Below, piece by piece: positions 8,037-18,609 of a DNA stretch of 64,000 nucleotides. Position 1 is the stretch's first letter, and every line of letters starts with the position of its first letter. The translations under genes were made by a program, and so were the position numbers. The DNA lies in contig DETS01000011.1 in the NCBI GenBank assembly GCA_002361735.1, positions 18,539-82,538 on the forward strand. Direction: 5' to 3'. The notes under the pieces are model-generated. The model searched no databases. It was not told where the DNA came from and saw nothing but the letters and a program-made list of their open reading frames with translations. This stretch comes from Lachnospiraceae bacterium UBA3282 (GTDB taxonomy: Bacteria; Bacillota; Clostridia; Lachnospirales; Lachnospiraceae).

Positions 8037-10199
8037 TCAGAGCAGCGCGTTGGCATCCAGGATCAGCGCCACCTCGCCGTCACCAAGAACGGTCGCTCCG
8101 CTGATGATCTTGCATCTGCTGATATACTTGCCAAGAGACTTGATAACGATCTCCTGCTGCCCGATCAACTCATCCACTACAAGACCTGCCAGCTTGTCGC
8201 CCTTCTTGACCACCACGACTACCAGATTATCCTCGGGATTCTTTTTGCTGGGGATATCCAGGATCTCGTTTAAGCGGATCAACGGAATCACCAGGTCACG
8301 CAGCTGGATGACTTCCTTTGCCTGCACCAGCTTTACATCGCCGGGAAGGATATCCTCGATGGTCTGGATCGACCCCAGAGCGATCGCATATTTTTCATCG
8401 CCGATCTCAACCATCAGTGCCTGAATGATCGCCAGCGTGAGCGGCAGTCTGATCGTCCATGTGCTTCCTTCGCCGAGTCTGGATTTCACTTCCACCTCAC
8501 CGCTCAAGGATTCGATCATGGATTTTACCACGTCAAGTCCCACGCCTCGGCCCGACACATCCGATACCACCTTTGCCGTGGAAAAGCCCGCGTTAAAGAG
8601 GAGGTCGATGATTTCCTTCTCGCTCATAGCCTCGCCCTGCTCAGGAGTGATAACGCCTCTCTCGATGGCTTTATTCTTGACTGCCTTCGTGTCGATACCG
8701 TTACCGTCATCCCTAACCTCGATCACGACGTTATTACCGTCCTGATAAGCATCCAGGAAGATGGAGCCGACTTCCGGCTTTCCTCTTTCCTTACGTACCG
8801 CTGCAGACTCCAGTCCATGGTCTGCGGAATTTCTAAGCAGGTGCATCAGGGGATCGCCGATCTGATCGACCACGGTACGATCAAGCTCCGTCTCCTCACC
8901 GCTCATGTACAGTTCCATCTTCTTGCCCAGCTTCTTCTGCAAGTCACGGACCATACGGGGGAACTTGTTGACCGTACTCTCGATAGGCACCATTCGCACT
9001 TTCATCACGGATTCATGAAGCGAGGTCGTAACACTCTCCAGATACTCAATCTGCTCATTCACTGCCTGACTCGAATTACCCGACATCGCGGAAGCCGATA
9101 CCAGAGAGTTCTTGGCTATGATCAGCTCGCTGACCAGATTCATCAGAGTATCCAACTTCTCGATATCCACTCTGACGGTCCTGTTCACCACAGGCTTGTT
9201 CGTCGTGTTTTTCTTTGCCGCGGGTGCCGTCTGCGCTGCGGGCGCCTGTGCCTGTTTCTCCGCCGGCTGTGCCGCAGGCGTCTTCGGAGCTGCCGCGGGC
9301 GCCGCAGACTCCTGTGCCGGGGTCTCTGCCGCATTCTCTGCGGAAACCTCCGACGCACCGGACGGCTCCTCCGAAGCCCCCGCACCGGTAATATCCTCTA
9401 ATTTCAAAACGCTGCCGGCAACATCCTCGATCTCAGACACGCCCTTTGCCGCCGTTACTACCACATCCAGATCTGCCTCGGAAACAATGATCAGATTGAA
9501 CTCCTGATCGAATCTCTCATCCTCGATATCCTGAGAGGAAGGATCGGAAACGATGATCTCACTGGTCTCCTCAATTGCCTTAAACACCAGGAAGGCTCTC
9601 GCCGCTTTCAGGATACAGGATTCCTGCACCTTGACGGTCAGCCCGTACACTTTCTTTCCCTGTTTGATGGCATCGCTCAAAACGCTCTGCTGATTTTCGT
9701 CCAGTTTAACGCCGTGGAAACCGCCGCCTGCTGCAGGCGCCGCAGCCTCAGCTGCCGCCGGTGCCGCATCAGCTGCCGTCTCTTGCTCCGCAGGCGTCTC
9801 GCCATCTGCGCCGGATCCGCCGGTCATGATGTCATTCAGGCGTTTGATCAGAGCGCCGTTGTCGTTCGTGCCCTCATCGGAACTCTCTCTGATATTGGTG
9901 TTGTACTCCTCCAAAGCGTCAAGACACTGGAACAGCACATCGATCATATCCGCTTTCACCTTGATATTGCCGTTTCTCACCTCGGAGAAAACGTTCTCCA
10001 TATCATGGGTCAGCGTCTGCATCCGCTTATAGCCCATGGTTCCCGCCATGCCCTTTAAGGAGTGCGCCGCCCGGAAGATTTCATTGATCGTGTCCATGTT
10101 TTCGGGATCCTGCTCCAAAGAGAGGATCTGCGTGTTGAGATTTTGCAGATGTTCATTGGTTTCATCAAGGAAAATCTCGAGATACTGACTTACATCCAT
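8037..10199 (-). CDS. cheA: chemotaxis histidine kinase CheA
   Basis: 720 aa. It has the HPt box FRAAHSLKGMAG, Ala/Pro-rich linkers, the dimerisation domain, the ATPase N/G boxes (HLLRNSADHGLE, DDGNGID, GRGVGLDVV) and a C-terminal CheW-like domain. Confidence 0.95.
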   Translation of the reverse strand: MDVSQYLEIFLDETNEHLQNLNTQILSLEQDPENMDTINEIFRAAHSLKGMAGTMGYKRMQTLTHDMENVFSEVRNGNIKVKADMIDVLFQCLDALEEYNTNIRESSDEGTNDNGALIKRLNDIMTGGSGADGETPAEQETAADAAPAAAEAAAPAAGGGFHGVKLDENQQSVLSDAIKQGKKVYGLTVKVQESCILKAARAFLVFKAIEETSEIIVSDPSSQDIEDERFDQEFNLIIVSEADLDVVVTAAKGVSEIEDVAGSVLKLEDITGAGASEEPSGASEVSAENAAETPAQESAAPAAAPKTPAAQPAEKQAQAPAAQTAPAAKKNTTNKPVVNRTVRVDIEKLDTLMNLVSELIIAKNSLVSASAMSGNSSQAVNEQIEYLESVTTSLHESVMKVRMVPIESTVNKFPRMVRDLQKKLGKKMELYMSGEETELDRTVVDQIGDPLMHLLRNSADHGLESAAVRKERGKPEVGSIFLDAYQDGNNVVIEVRDDGNGIDTKAVKNKAIERGVITPEQGEAMSEKEIIDLLFNAGFSTAKVVSDVSGRGVGLDVVKSMIESLSGEVEVKSRLGEGSTWTIRLPLTLAIIQALMVEIGDEKYAIALGSIQTIEDILPGDVKLVQAKEVIQLRDLVIPLIRLNEILDIPSKKNPEDNLVVVVVKKGDKLAGLVVDELIGQQEIVIKSLGKYISRCKIISGATVLGDGEVALILDANALL

Positions 10200-10201
10200 A
10201 A

Positions 10202-11323
10202 TTATTTTACCCCCACGTTTGTTATGATTTCCTGTGCAATCTGCTCAAGCGGTACTGTCTGATCTGCAAGTCCCGCATTTACCGCGCTTTTTGGCATCCC
10301 GTACACCGCGCACGTGCTCGCCTCCTGCGTGATCACATGAATCTTCTTTTTCAGCTTCAGGTTTCGGATTCCCTGTGTGCCGTCAGCTCCCATCCCCGTC
10401 ATGACCACGCACAATACTCTGTCGAACTTGCTGTCCATCAGGGACTCGTACATGTAGTTCGCGCAGGGTTTCACGCCTTCTCTGGCAGGTTCGTCCGAAT
10501 AGTGAATCGTGTACTTCCCGGGAGACATATACACAACGTTCAAATGTTTGCCTCCCATGGCGATGTAAACATTGCCGGGTGCAAGCACATCCCCTTCCGC
10601 TGCCTCCTTTACGTTGAGCGAACTCAGAGAGTTCAGCCGTTCCGCCAAAGAAGCCGTAAAACCGGGCGGCATGTGCTGAACCACCACGACCGGAGCATTC
10701 AGATTCGCAGGGAGTTTCGGAATCACCGCCTGCAAAGCCTTTGGCCCTCCTGTCGAACTGGCGATCGCCACGATCTGAACACCTGCATCAAAGACCGCTT
10801 TGCCTGAGGAAGCAGGTGCCTCGGGAGGCGCAAAGACCTTTCTCTCTACGGCAGCCGAGGTGATACCTACCGGTCCCATCCTGCCGCCGGGCGCCGCTGT
10901 TCCTCTCCCGGTGGACGTTGGTACATTCATCTCCGAGACAGCCTCAAGAATCCGCAGGAGCTCCTCACTAAAACTGCCGTTCCTGCAATCCATGGCGTTA
11001 TTCGGCTTATGAATAAAATCCAGCGCCCCCAGCTCCAGCGCATCCAGCGTGACCTTTGCGCCGTCACGAGTGTCAGTGCTCACCATGATGATCTTTGCCT
11101 GGATTCCTCTTTTCTGCAGCTGCCTCAAGAGCTCCAGCCCGTTCATCTGCGGCATGTTGACATCCAAAACCACAGCATCATAGTTTTTTCTGCTGAGCAG
11201 ATTCAATGCATCCAGACCGTTTACCGCACGGTCCTGTACATGGAATCGTTTGTCTGATTCTATTATATCACAGAGCACCCTTCTCATGAGTGCAGAGTCG
11301 TCAACAATCAGTATATTTTTCAT
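10202..11323 (-). CDS. cheB: protein-glutamate methylesterase/glutaminase CheB (receiver + methylesterase)
   Basis: 373 aa. The REC domain reads ILIVDDSALMRR...DAVVLDVNMPQMNG. The esterase domain reads IVAIASSTGGPKAL...VVVQHMPPGFT...GMGADG. Confidence 0.94.
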   Translation of the reverse strand: MKNILIVDDSALMRRVLCDIIESDKRFHVQDRAVNGLDALNLLSRKNYDAVVLDVNMPQMNGLELLRQLQKRGIQAKIIMVSTDTRDGAKVTLDALELGALDFIHKPNNAMDCRNGSFSEELLRILEAVSEMNVPTSTGRGTAAPGGRMGPVGITSAAVERKVFAPPEAPASSGKAVFDAGVQIVAIASSTGGPKALQAVIPKLPANLNAPVVVVQHMPPGFTASLAERLNSLSSLNVKEAAEGDVLAPGNVYIAMGGKHLNVVYMSPGKYTIHYSDEPAREGVKPCANYMYESLMDSKFDRVLCVVMTGMGADGTQGIRNLKLKKKIHVITQEASTCAVYGMPKSAVNAGLADQTVPLEQIAQEIITNVGVK

Positions 11324-11429
11324 TTCCTTTACCCTGCACCTCCTCTCTGTTTTGCATTCACCTGCTCTGTCCGTTATCCTCTATCAAAATTTCTTTTCAT
11401 ATTTCTTTTCTTTCCTATCCAATCTTCCG

Positions 11430-12146
11430 TCACCTATGTACTTTTCTCGCCTCATCGAAGATATATTGGATGATTTCTTCCCGCTCCTGCGGATCTACAT
11501 TGACGTACTGCACACGATGATCGAACACCCCGGGGCGATGCTCCAGTTCGTTCACCGCCAGTACTTTGCCTACCAGACGATATTCCTTTTCTTTCCCCTC
11601 CACCCGCAGATGATACTTACACAGGATCAGGCTGTTCACCTCATATGCGTAATAAGCGACAAAACGCAGACCGCCGCCGCTGATATCCACGATCACGCTG
11701 CTTTTTAAGGGAAGAGACGGCAAGAGCTCCTCCTGCGAAGCAACGGCGATCTCCTCCTCCTCGGCAAGCTGCCTGGAATCCATTTCCAGAGCGCAGCTGA
11801 ACCGATAATATTCCCTTCTCTGATAATTGCGCAGATTACTGGTCATATCCATCACCAGTACATACTGTCCGTTGTAACGGTATCTGTCCACCACTCTGGC
11901 ATTACACTGGTAGACCACATTGTCACCGTAAAAATACATATCGTACTCACCGTCCACCGGTAGGAGGATCAACTTCCCGTCCTCGATCGGCATGGTAATC
12001 TCCATACGATCCTCCGTCAGCACTTTAAGTACCCGGCTGCGATGAACCTTTTCTTCTTTTTCCGCCTCCTGACCAAGACCCCTCTCAATTGCCCTCAGCT
12101 CCACTTCACCGCCCGGCACCACATACTTTGACAACAATTCCGCCAT
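11430..12146 (-). CDS. PilZ-domain flagellar brake protein (YcgR/MotI/DgrA-like)
   Basis: 238 aa. Both c-di-GMP motifs are readable: RxxxR (QRREYYR) and DxSxxG (VDISGGGLRF). An N-terminal YcgR-N-like beta domain is present. Confidence 0.8.
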   Translation of the reverse strand: MAELLSKYVVPGGEVELRAIERGLGQEAEKEEKVHRSRVLKVLTEDRMEITMPIEDGKLILLPVDGEYDMYFYGDNVVYQCNARVVDRYRYNGQYVLVMDMTSNLRNYQRREYYRFSCALEMDSRQLAEEEEIAVASQEELLPSLPLKSSVIVDISGGGLRFVAYYAYEVNSLILCKYHLRVEGKEKEYRLVGKVLAVNELEHRPGVFDHRVQYVNVDPQEREEIIQYIFDEARKVHR

Positions 12147-12176
12147 ACACTACCTCCCGGCCACCTCTTTGGCATT

Positions 12177-13052
12177 CTATTTTCTGGAAATAATTTGAGA
12201 AAAAAACGCTGCCATCCCACGTCTCTTTACATTCTGATCCAACTCACGGTTCATCAGCTTCGCCGCCACCGCCTCATACGCCATGGCGGAACGCGCCTTC
12301 GGATTATCCAAGGACACGGGCATCTGCTGCATCACCGCCTTTGCAAGCTGCTGATCCTGCGGAATCATACCCAGATAGGAGATGGGCACTTTCAAATACC
12401 GCTCCACCACCGTTTGCAGTTTTGCATAGAGCGCCTGCGCCTCATTTTCTCCCGTCACCTTGTTTGCCAATACCCTGATCTGCGTCTTCTCCGACGAATA
12501 CCGTGGGTGACGGCTCAGCGCTTTCAGCAGAGAATAGGAGTCCGTGATCGAAGTCGGCTCCGGCGTCGTCACCAGAAGAATCTCTCCGCTTGCCACCAAA
12601 AATTCCAGTACCGCATCGGCGATACCCGCCCCGGTATCCACAATGATCGTGTCCGCCATCTCGTCAAGCTCCGCCAGATCCGCAATGATCGTGCTGAGAT
12701 TATCCTTATCCAGATTCGACATTCCGGTGATCCCGGAACCCCCTGAGATAAACCCGACCTCCATAGGTCCCCAGGTAATGATATCTTTAATGCTCTTTCC
12801 CTGATAAATAAAATCACACAAGTTATGTTTTGGCACCGCACCGAACATGATCTCAATGTTGGCTAACCCGAAGTCCGCATCCAAAATGATGACCTTCTGC
12901 CCCATCTTGCGAAACTGTATGGCAAGATTGATTGCCGTATTGGACTTTCCCACGCCGCCTTTGCCGCTGGTCACGGTGATGATTCTTGCCAAAGGACGTC
13001 TCGGCGGAGCGCTGCCCTTTATTATCCTTCTCAGTTGTTCAGCCTGATCCAT
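12177..13052 (-). CDS. flhG: MinD/ParA-type flagellar number regulator FlhG (YlxH)
   Basis: 291 aa. It has the deviant Walker A VTSGKGGVGKSNTAINLA and sits immediately after flhF. Confidence 0.9.
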   Translation of the reverse strand: MDQAEQLRRIIKGSAPPRRPLARIITVTSGKGGVGKSNTAINLAIQFRKMGQKVIILDADFGLANIEIMFGAVPKHNLCDFIYQGKSIKDIITWGPMEVGFISGGSGITGMSNLDKDNLSTIIADLAELDEMADTIIVDTGAGIADAVLEFLVASGEILLVTTPEPTSITDSYSLLKALSRHPRYSSEKTQIRVLANKVTGENEAQALYAKLQTVVERYLKVPISYLGMIPQDQQLAKAVMQQMPVSLDNPKARSAMAYEAVAAKLMNRELDQNVKRRGMAAFFSQIISRK

Positions 13053-13080
13053 CCGGGCTTCCTCCTTAGTTTTTCACCGA

Positions 13081-14286
13081 TCAGTTCTTTCCACCGAGCA
13101 GTCTCTTGACCGTCTTTTGCGGATTAAAGTCTTCAATGTCATCCGGGACATTTTGCCCATAGGTCACATAGGACAGGGAAGCCCCTGTATAGAGCCGCAG
13201 ATTCAGGAGATTTCCAAGCGTCGTTGTCTCGTCCAGTTTCGTAAAGATCAGCTTGTAGTCCGCCATCTCCTTATAAGAATCCGCTATGCTGATCAGATCC
13301 CGGTACTTGGTGGTGGCGCTTAAGACCAGATGCACTTCCTTCTCAACCTTATCGTCAACAGAGTGAATAATATTACACATGTTATCTTTTTGCGTGCTGT
13401 TCTGGTGGGAATGCCCTGCCGTGTCGATCATGATATAGTCGTAGTCTCTGAAATCCTCCAGCGCTTTGCCGATCTCCTCCACTGTATAGATCACGCGGAA
13501 GGGCACCTCCAGAATATTGGCATAGGTACGCAGCTGCTCCGCCGCTGCGATACGGTAGGTATCCGCCGTCAGCAGGGCAACCTTCTTCTTTTCGTCCACC
13601 CGGAACTTAGAGGCGATCTTAGCAATGGTGGTGGTCTTTCCGACACCTGTCGGACCGATAAAGAATACCAGCTTAATGCCGTTTGCCGCAGGTTCGATAC
13701 CGCTGGGCTTACCGAATTTCAGAATCATCTTTTGGTAGATATTTGCCAGCGCATAGTCAAAGGGGATATTGGGCTTATTGACGAGCTCAATCTCCTCGAT
13801 GATCTCCTGCGCATATTTCTCGTCCACTTCATTTTCCAGCATGGTATCATGGAGCAGGCGCATGAATTTATCGGTCTCAGACTCCTCCTTCGAAGGGGCT
13901 GCCGCTTCTTCCTTTTCCTCTTTTTCCTTCTCCTCCGCGGGTTTCTGGAGCTGTTGTTCCAACAGAGATTGCAGGCTGTCCAGCTTTTCCTCGATGGCGC
14001 TGTTCGTATCCCGCTTTTCCGGCGTTTCCATAACAGGTGTTTCAGTAACAGGTGTCGTTTTACTGGAAGCAATCACATTGTTGATCGCCGACACCGCCGC
14101 CGTGTACTTTTCACTCTCCTCTTCCAGCGCCACCGTCACTTCCACCATGGGCGCTTTCAGAAACGCGAAAAGGCCCTTGGATTTCACGGGCTTCACATTC
14201 ATGACGACAACGCCCTCTCCCAGTTCCTTTCTGGCGTTCTCGACCGCTTCCTTTTCGGTTTTGGCAATAAATTTCTTGATTATCAT
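13081..14286 (-). CDS. flhF: SRP-like GTPase FlhF
   Basis: 401 aa. G1 is FFIGPTGVGKTTTIAKIA, followed by LLTADTYRIAAAEQL and IDTAGHS. Confidence 0.92.
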   Translation of the reverse strand: MIIKKFIAKTEKEAVENARKELGEGVVVMNVKPVKSKGLFAFLKAPMVEVTVALEEESEKYTAAVSAINNVIASSKTTPVTETPVMETPEKRDTNSAIEEKLDSLQSLLEQQLQKPAEEKEKEEKEEAAAPSKEESETDKFMRLLHDTMLENEVDEKYAQEIIEEIELVNKPNIPFDYALANIYQKMILKFGKPSGIEPAANGIKLVFFIGPTGVGKTTTIAKIASKFRVDEKKKVALLTADTYRIAAAEQLRTYANILEVPFRVIYTVEEIGKALEDFRDYDYIMIDTAGHSHQNSTQKDNMCNIIHSVDDKVEKEVHLVLSATTKYRDLISIADSYKEMADYKLIFTKLDETTTLGNLLNLRLYTGASLSYVTYGQNVPDDIEDFNPQKTVKRLLGGKN

Positions 14287-16331
14287 TATGCTGTCACCAT
14301 CCCAACAGACTGTAATTCAATATTGGATTCCACCTCATTGTAAGACACAACGACCAGATCCCGATAGTAGTCCTCCGTCAGCTTCTTAAAGTAAGCGCGG
14401 ACGATAGGCGAGGTAATGATGATGGGCATCTTGCCCAAGTCTTCCAGCTTCTTGACCTCCGCACCCACATTTTCCATGATCTCTTTGGTCTTTGCGGGGT
14501 CTAACGTCAGGTAAGCACCCTGTTCCGTCTGCTTGACGCTTGCCATGATCTCCTGCTCCAGCTTCGGATCGAGCGTCACGACGCTGGAAGTCTCGTTTGC
14601 CGGGAAGAACTTGCCGGAGATGGCACGCTTTAAGCTCTGTCTGACATACTCCGTGAGGATATCCGTATCTCTGGTGGTGGTCGCATAGTCCGCCAGGGTC
14701 TCGAAGATGGTGAGCAGGTCCCTGATGGATATGCCTTCTTTTAAGAGATTCTGCAATACTTTCTGAATCTCGCCAAGCCCCAGAAGCTTGGGCACCAGTT
14801 CCTCCACGAGAGAGGGATTCGTCTCTTTTAAGTTGTCCACAAGACTCTGTACATCCTGCCGCGTAAGAAGCTCGGATATGTACTGTCTGATAATCTCCGT
14901 TAAATGCGTGGCGATAATGGACGGCGGATCCACGACCGTGTAGCCCATGCTCTCCGCACGCTCCCTCTGTCCTTCCGTGATCCAGATCGCCGGCAGATGG
15001 AACGAGGGCTCGAAGGTGGGAATACCTGTGATCTCCTCCTCCACATAGCCGGGATTCATCGCCATATAGTGGTCAAACAGGATCTCTCCCTCACTGACCT
15101 GTACACCCTTTATTTTAATAATATACTGGTTCGGATTCAACTGTATGTTATCTCGCAGACGGATGATCGGCACAACAGTACCAAGCTCCAATGCGATCTG
15201 CCTTCTGATCATGACCACGCGGTCTAAGAGGTCTCCGCCCTGGTTCACGTCAGCCAGCGGGATGATACCGTAACCAAACTCCAACTCGATCGGATCCACC
15301 TGCAAAAGAGAGGTGACATTTTCCGGCTGCCTGATCTCCTCCGCAGCCGCTTCCTCCTCGTCCGCCTCGTGTTCGATCACCGCCGTTTCGATCGTACCCG
15401 CCATGATCCTGCCGACCACGATAAAGACCAACCCGAGTCCCACGAAGACCACGGGGTTTAGAGGCGTCACGATTCCCAAAAAAGCAAGGACCGCACCCAC
15501 CAGATAGAGCACCTTAGGCGTTCCGAAGAGCTGGCTGATCAGCACCGTGCCGAAATCCGCCTCCTTGGAGCCCTTCGTCACCAGAATACCTGTGGCGAGG
15601 GAGATCAATAGAGACGGGATCTGGCTCACCAGACCGTCACCGATGGTGAGGATCGTATATTTGCTCATCGCCTCAGCCGCTTCCATCCCCTGACGGAATA
15701 CACCGAAGCCGATACCTCCTACGATATTGATAAAGGTAATGACCAAACCTGCGGTCGCATCTCCCTTTACATACTTCACGGCACCGTCCATGGAACCGAA
15801 GAAGGTCGCTTCTTCCTGTATCTTATCCCTGCGTTTTTTCGCCTCCTCATCCGTGATGGCACCGGTGTTTAAGTCCGCATCGATCGCCATCTGCTTACCG
15901 GGCATCGCGTCCAGCGTAAATCTTGCCGTTACCTCAGCCACACGCTCGGAACCTTTGTTGATGATCATAAACTGCACGATAATCAGGATCAGGAACACCA
16001 AGACACCGATCAAAAGATCGCCGCCGCCCACATATTCCCCGAAGGTCTGTACCACATTACCGGCGTCGCCCTTGGTGAGGATCAGCCTGGTGGAAGAAAC
16101 GTTCAACGCAATCCTGAATACGGTCGTAAACAGCAGGATCGTCGGATAGAACGACATATTCAGCACTTCGTTGGCAAACATACAGCCAAACATAATGGTA
16201 AAGGCGACCGAGATATTGCAGGCAAGAAGCACGTCCAAAAGACCGGACGAAATCGGCACGATCAGCATGATAAATGCTGCCAACAGATAGAGCGCAACGC
16301 CAACGTCTCCAATCTTTAATTTCTGCATCAC
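14286..16331 (-). CDS. flhA: flagellar export gate protein FlhA
   Basis: 681 aa. It has the conserved FHIPEP region (...FPTILLFTTVFRIALNVSSTRLIL..GDAG) and a C-terminal cytoplasmic domain. Confidence 0.96.
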   Translation of the reverse strand: MMQKLKIGDVGVALYLLAAFIMLIVPISSGLLDVLLACNISVAFTIMFGCMFANEVLNMSFYPTILLFTTVFRIALNVSSTRLILTKGDAGNVVQTFGEYVGGGDLLIGVLVFLILIIVQFMIINKGSERVAEVTARFTLDAMPGKQMAIDADLNTGAITDEEAKKRRDKIQEEATFFGSMDGAVKYVKGDATAGLVITFINIVGGIGFGVFRQGMEAAEAMSKYTILTIGDGLVSQIPSLLISLATGILVTKGSKEADFGTVLISQLFGTPKVLYLVGAVLAFLGIVTPLNPVVFVGLGLVFIVVGRIMAGTIETAVIEHEADEEEAAAEEIRQPENVTSLLQVDPIELEFGYGIIPLADVNQGGDLLDRVVMIRRQIALELGTVVPIIRLRDNIQLNPNQYIIKIKGVQVSEGEILFDHYMAMNPGYVEEEITGIPTFEPSFHLPAIWITEGQRERAESMGYTVVDPPSIIATHLTEIIRQYISELLTRQDVQSLVDNLKETNPSLVEELVPKLLGLGEIQKVLQNLLKEGISIRDLLTIFETLADYATTTRDTDILTEYVRQSLKRAISGKFFPANETSSVVTLDPKLEQEIMASVKQTEQGAYLTLDPAKTKEIMENVGAEVKKLEDLGKMPIIITSPIVRAYFKKLTEDYYRDLVVVSYNEVESNIELQSVGMVTA

Positions 16332-16364
16332 GGTTCACCTCCTTTTCGCAAAATTTGTTATTTA

Positions 16365-17477
16365 TTACACCTTTCCCTGCAAGTGGTAGACAAAAGCCAG
16401 TACCTCCGCCACCGCCTGATAAAGCTCCGGCGGCACCACGCTGCCCACATCCACGTTCGCGTAGAGCATCCGGGCAAGGGGTTTGTTCTCTACGATCTCG
16501 ATGTGGTTTTCCTTCGCCACATCCTTTATCTTCTGCGCCAGATAATCGGCGCCCTTTGCCACCACATAAGGGGCATCGTAAACCTCGGGTTCATACTTGA
16601 TCGCCACCGCAAAGTGGGTCGGGTTCGTGATGACCACGTCCGCCTCAGGCAGCTGCTGCATCATACGGCGTCTGGATGCCTCCATCATTCTCTGCCGCTG
16701 CTTACCCTTGATCTGCGGATCTCCTTCCTGGTTCTTATACTCGTCCTTGACCTCCTGTTTGGTCATCTTCATGTCGTTCTTGAATTTGATCTTCTGGTAG
16801 GCAAAATCCGCAGCCGCGATCAGCATATAAAACAGGGAGATCCTGATCCCCAGATTGATCACCAGTGTGCCCACCAGCGCAATGCCCTGATTCAGGGAAA
16901 TATCATAAAGCTGTAAGATGGGCGGCATGTTCTTTTTCAGATAATCAAACACCACATACCCGATCAGTACCAGCTTCAGGATCGATTTAAGCAGCTCCAC
17001 CAAAGAATTTTTGGAAAAAATACGCTTGAACCCGCTTACCGGATTCAATTTATTAAACTTTGGCTGAAGCGGTTTGCCTGTGATCTTCCATTTCACCTGC
17101 AGCAGATTCGCCACAAAAGCTACCAGGAAACCCACGAGCAAAAACGGGAGGATCGTCAACAGGATTCTTAACAAAGCCTCAATAAAGAGCATCCGAAAGG
17201 TCGACGCCTGAATGTGACCTTCGTAGAGCCTTGTGTATTCCGGGATCTGCGAATACAGTTCCTGCATCTCTCCCACAAAGTTGACTCCGATGTTTTCCAC
17301 CCAAATGCGAAACAGGAAAAAAGCGGCAAGCATCTCGAAGGCGCTGGTCACTTCCTTACTCTTAGCCACCTGTCCTTCTTTTCTGGCATCCTCCAGCTTT
17401 TTAGAGGTAGGTTCTTCTGTTTTCTCTCCGCCGGGACCATCTTTGGCGAAGAACTGGAGCTCATATGCTAAACTCAA
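16365..17477 (-). CDS. flhB: flagellar export switch protein FlhB
   Basis: 370 aa. The NPTH autocleavage site is present (VVITNPTHFAVAIKY). Confidence 0.96.
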   Translation of the reverse strand: MSLAYELQFFAKDGPGGEKTEEPTSKKLEDARKEGQVAKSKEVTSAFEMLAAFFLFRIWVENIGVNFVGEMQELYSQIPEYTRLYEGHIQASTFRMLFIEALLRILLTILPFLLVGFLVAFVANLLQVKWKITGKPLQPKFNKLNPVSGFKRIFSKNSLVELLKSILKLVLIGYVVFDYLKKNMPPILQLYDISLNQGIALVGTLVINLGIRISLFYMLIAAADFAYQKIKFKNDMKMTKQEVKDEYKNQEGDPQIKGKQRQRMMEASRRRMMQQLPEADVVITNPTHFAVAIKYEPEVYDAPYVVAKGADYLAQKIKDVAKENHIEIVENKPLARMLYANVDVGSVVPPELYQAVAEVLAFVYHLQGKV

Positions 17478-18253
17478 ATCATCCCCTCCACAAAGGATAC
17501 GATCATCCGCTTCATCTGTGAGAAGATATTATCCGCCAGAATCGGCATCATCCGCATCGACAAAAAGAGGATCGCCAGCCCCACAACCACCTTAAACTGG
17601 ATACCCACGGCAAACATGTTGAGCTGTGGAGATACCTTCGCCAACACGCCGAGCACACAGTTTAAGAAGATCATGGCACAGAAGATCGGCAGGATGATTC
17701 GAAAACCGACCGAAACATATTCCCCCAGAAACAGGAGAACAGACGAAAAAAGTGCTTCCGTCTTAAACACCGCGCCATTGATCGGAATCAAAGTAAAGGT
17801 TTCCGCCAGCGCCCGCAAAAGGTACTGGTAGAGACCGGAAACAATCATAAACAGGGTGAACATATACTGGTAAAACACCCCGGTAAAGGTGGCCTGCTCC
17901 TTGGTTGCAGGATCAAGCAAAGAGACCATGGACAAACCGATCTCCATATCTGCGATGCTTCCCGCAAAGGAAGTCACCGAAGCGCATATCTGTGCACCCC
18001 AGCCGACAACAAACCCCGTCAGCGCCTCCTTCATCACGATGATCGCATAGCCCAAAAGACTGTCATACACCACTTCGACCCGGTCGATCGAGTGAAAGAG
18101 CAGGTAGGACACAAAAACGGAAAATCCCACTTTTACTGTCCTAGGCACATTTGACATGCTGAAAAACGGAGCAGCGTATACAAAACAGCTAATCCGCACC
18201 AGTATCAGTAAAAAATATTCCAAATCTGCATAGGTAAAGCTAATGTCTATCAT
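17474..18253 (-). CDS. fliR: flagellar export apparatus protein FliR
   Basis: 259-aa polytopic membrane protein in the fliPQR position. It overlaps flhB by 4 nt. Confidence 0.9.
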   Translation of the reverse strand: MIDISFTYADLEYFLLILVRISCFVYAAPFFSMSNVPRTVKVGFSVFVSYLLFHSIDRVEVVYDSLLGYAIIVMKEALTGFVVGWGAQICASVTSFAGSIADMEIGLSMVSLLDPATKEQATFTGVFYQYMFTLFMIVSGLYQYLLRALAETFTLIPINGAVFKTEALFSSVLLFLGEYVSVGFRIILPIFCAMIFLNCVLGVLAKVSPQLNMFAVGIQFKVVVGLAILFLSMRMMPILADNIFSQMKRMIVSFVEGMI

Positions 18254-18295
18254 AAAGCCACTTCCTAAAAACGGAATGTAGTCCTAATACCATTT

Positions 18296-18568
18296 TCAGC
18301 GCAGGTATTGATTAAAATCGGTCCACAAAATGGTCATAAACTCTACCATCTGGTTCATGATCCAGTGTCCCATAACGATCAGCGCCAGAAAAATCGCTAA
18401 AACCTTAGGCACAAAGGTGAGGGTCTGTTCCTGAATGGAGGTGACCGTCTGGAAAATACTGACGGCAAGACCCACGATCAGGGACACCAACAGCATCGGC
18501 GCCGAACATTTTATGATGGTAAAAATCGCCTGTTCGGCAATCGTCGTGACATCATTGACTGTCATCAC
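18296..18568 (-). CDS. fliQ: flagellar export apparatus protein FliQ
   Basis: 90-aa two-TM protein. SIFQTVTSIQEQTLTFVPK is the typical FliQ motif. Confidence 0.92.
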   Translation of the reverse strand: MMTVNDVTTIAEQAIFTIIKCSAPMLLVSLIVGLAVSIFQTVTSIQEQTLTFVPKVLAIFLALIVMGHWIMNQMVEFMTILWTDFNQYLR

Positions 18569-18609
18569 TCACCTCTCCCTTTCCCGGCACATTGTCCTAT
18601 CCTTCAAAG

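Noticed and set aside
13330-14343. Long plus-strand ORFs opposite flhF, topA (39114-40532), the giant ORF (44864-46153), flgE (25619-26614) and others
   Set aside because: All lie antisense to genes with unmistakable conserved motifs. Their translations are Arg/Leu/His-rich low-information sequence typical of shadow ORFs in GC-rich coding DNA.
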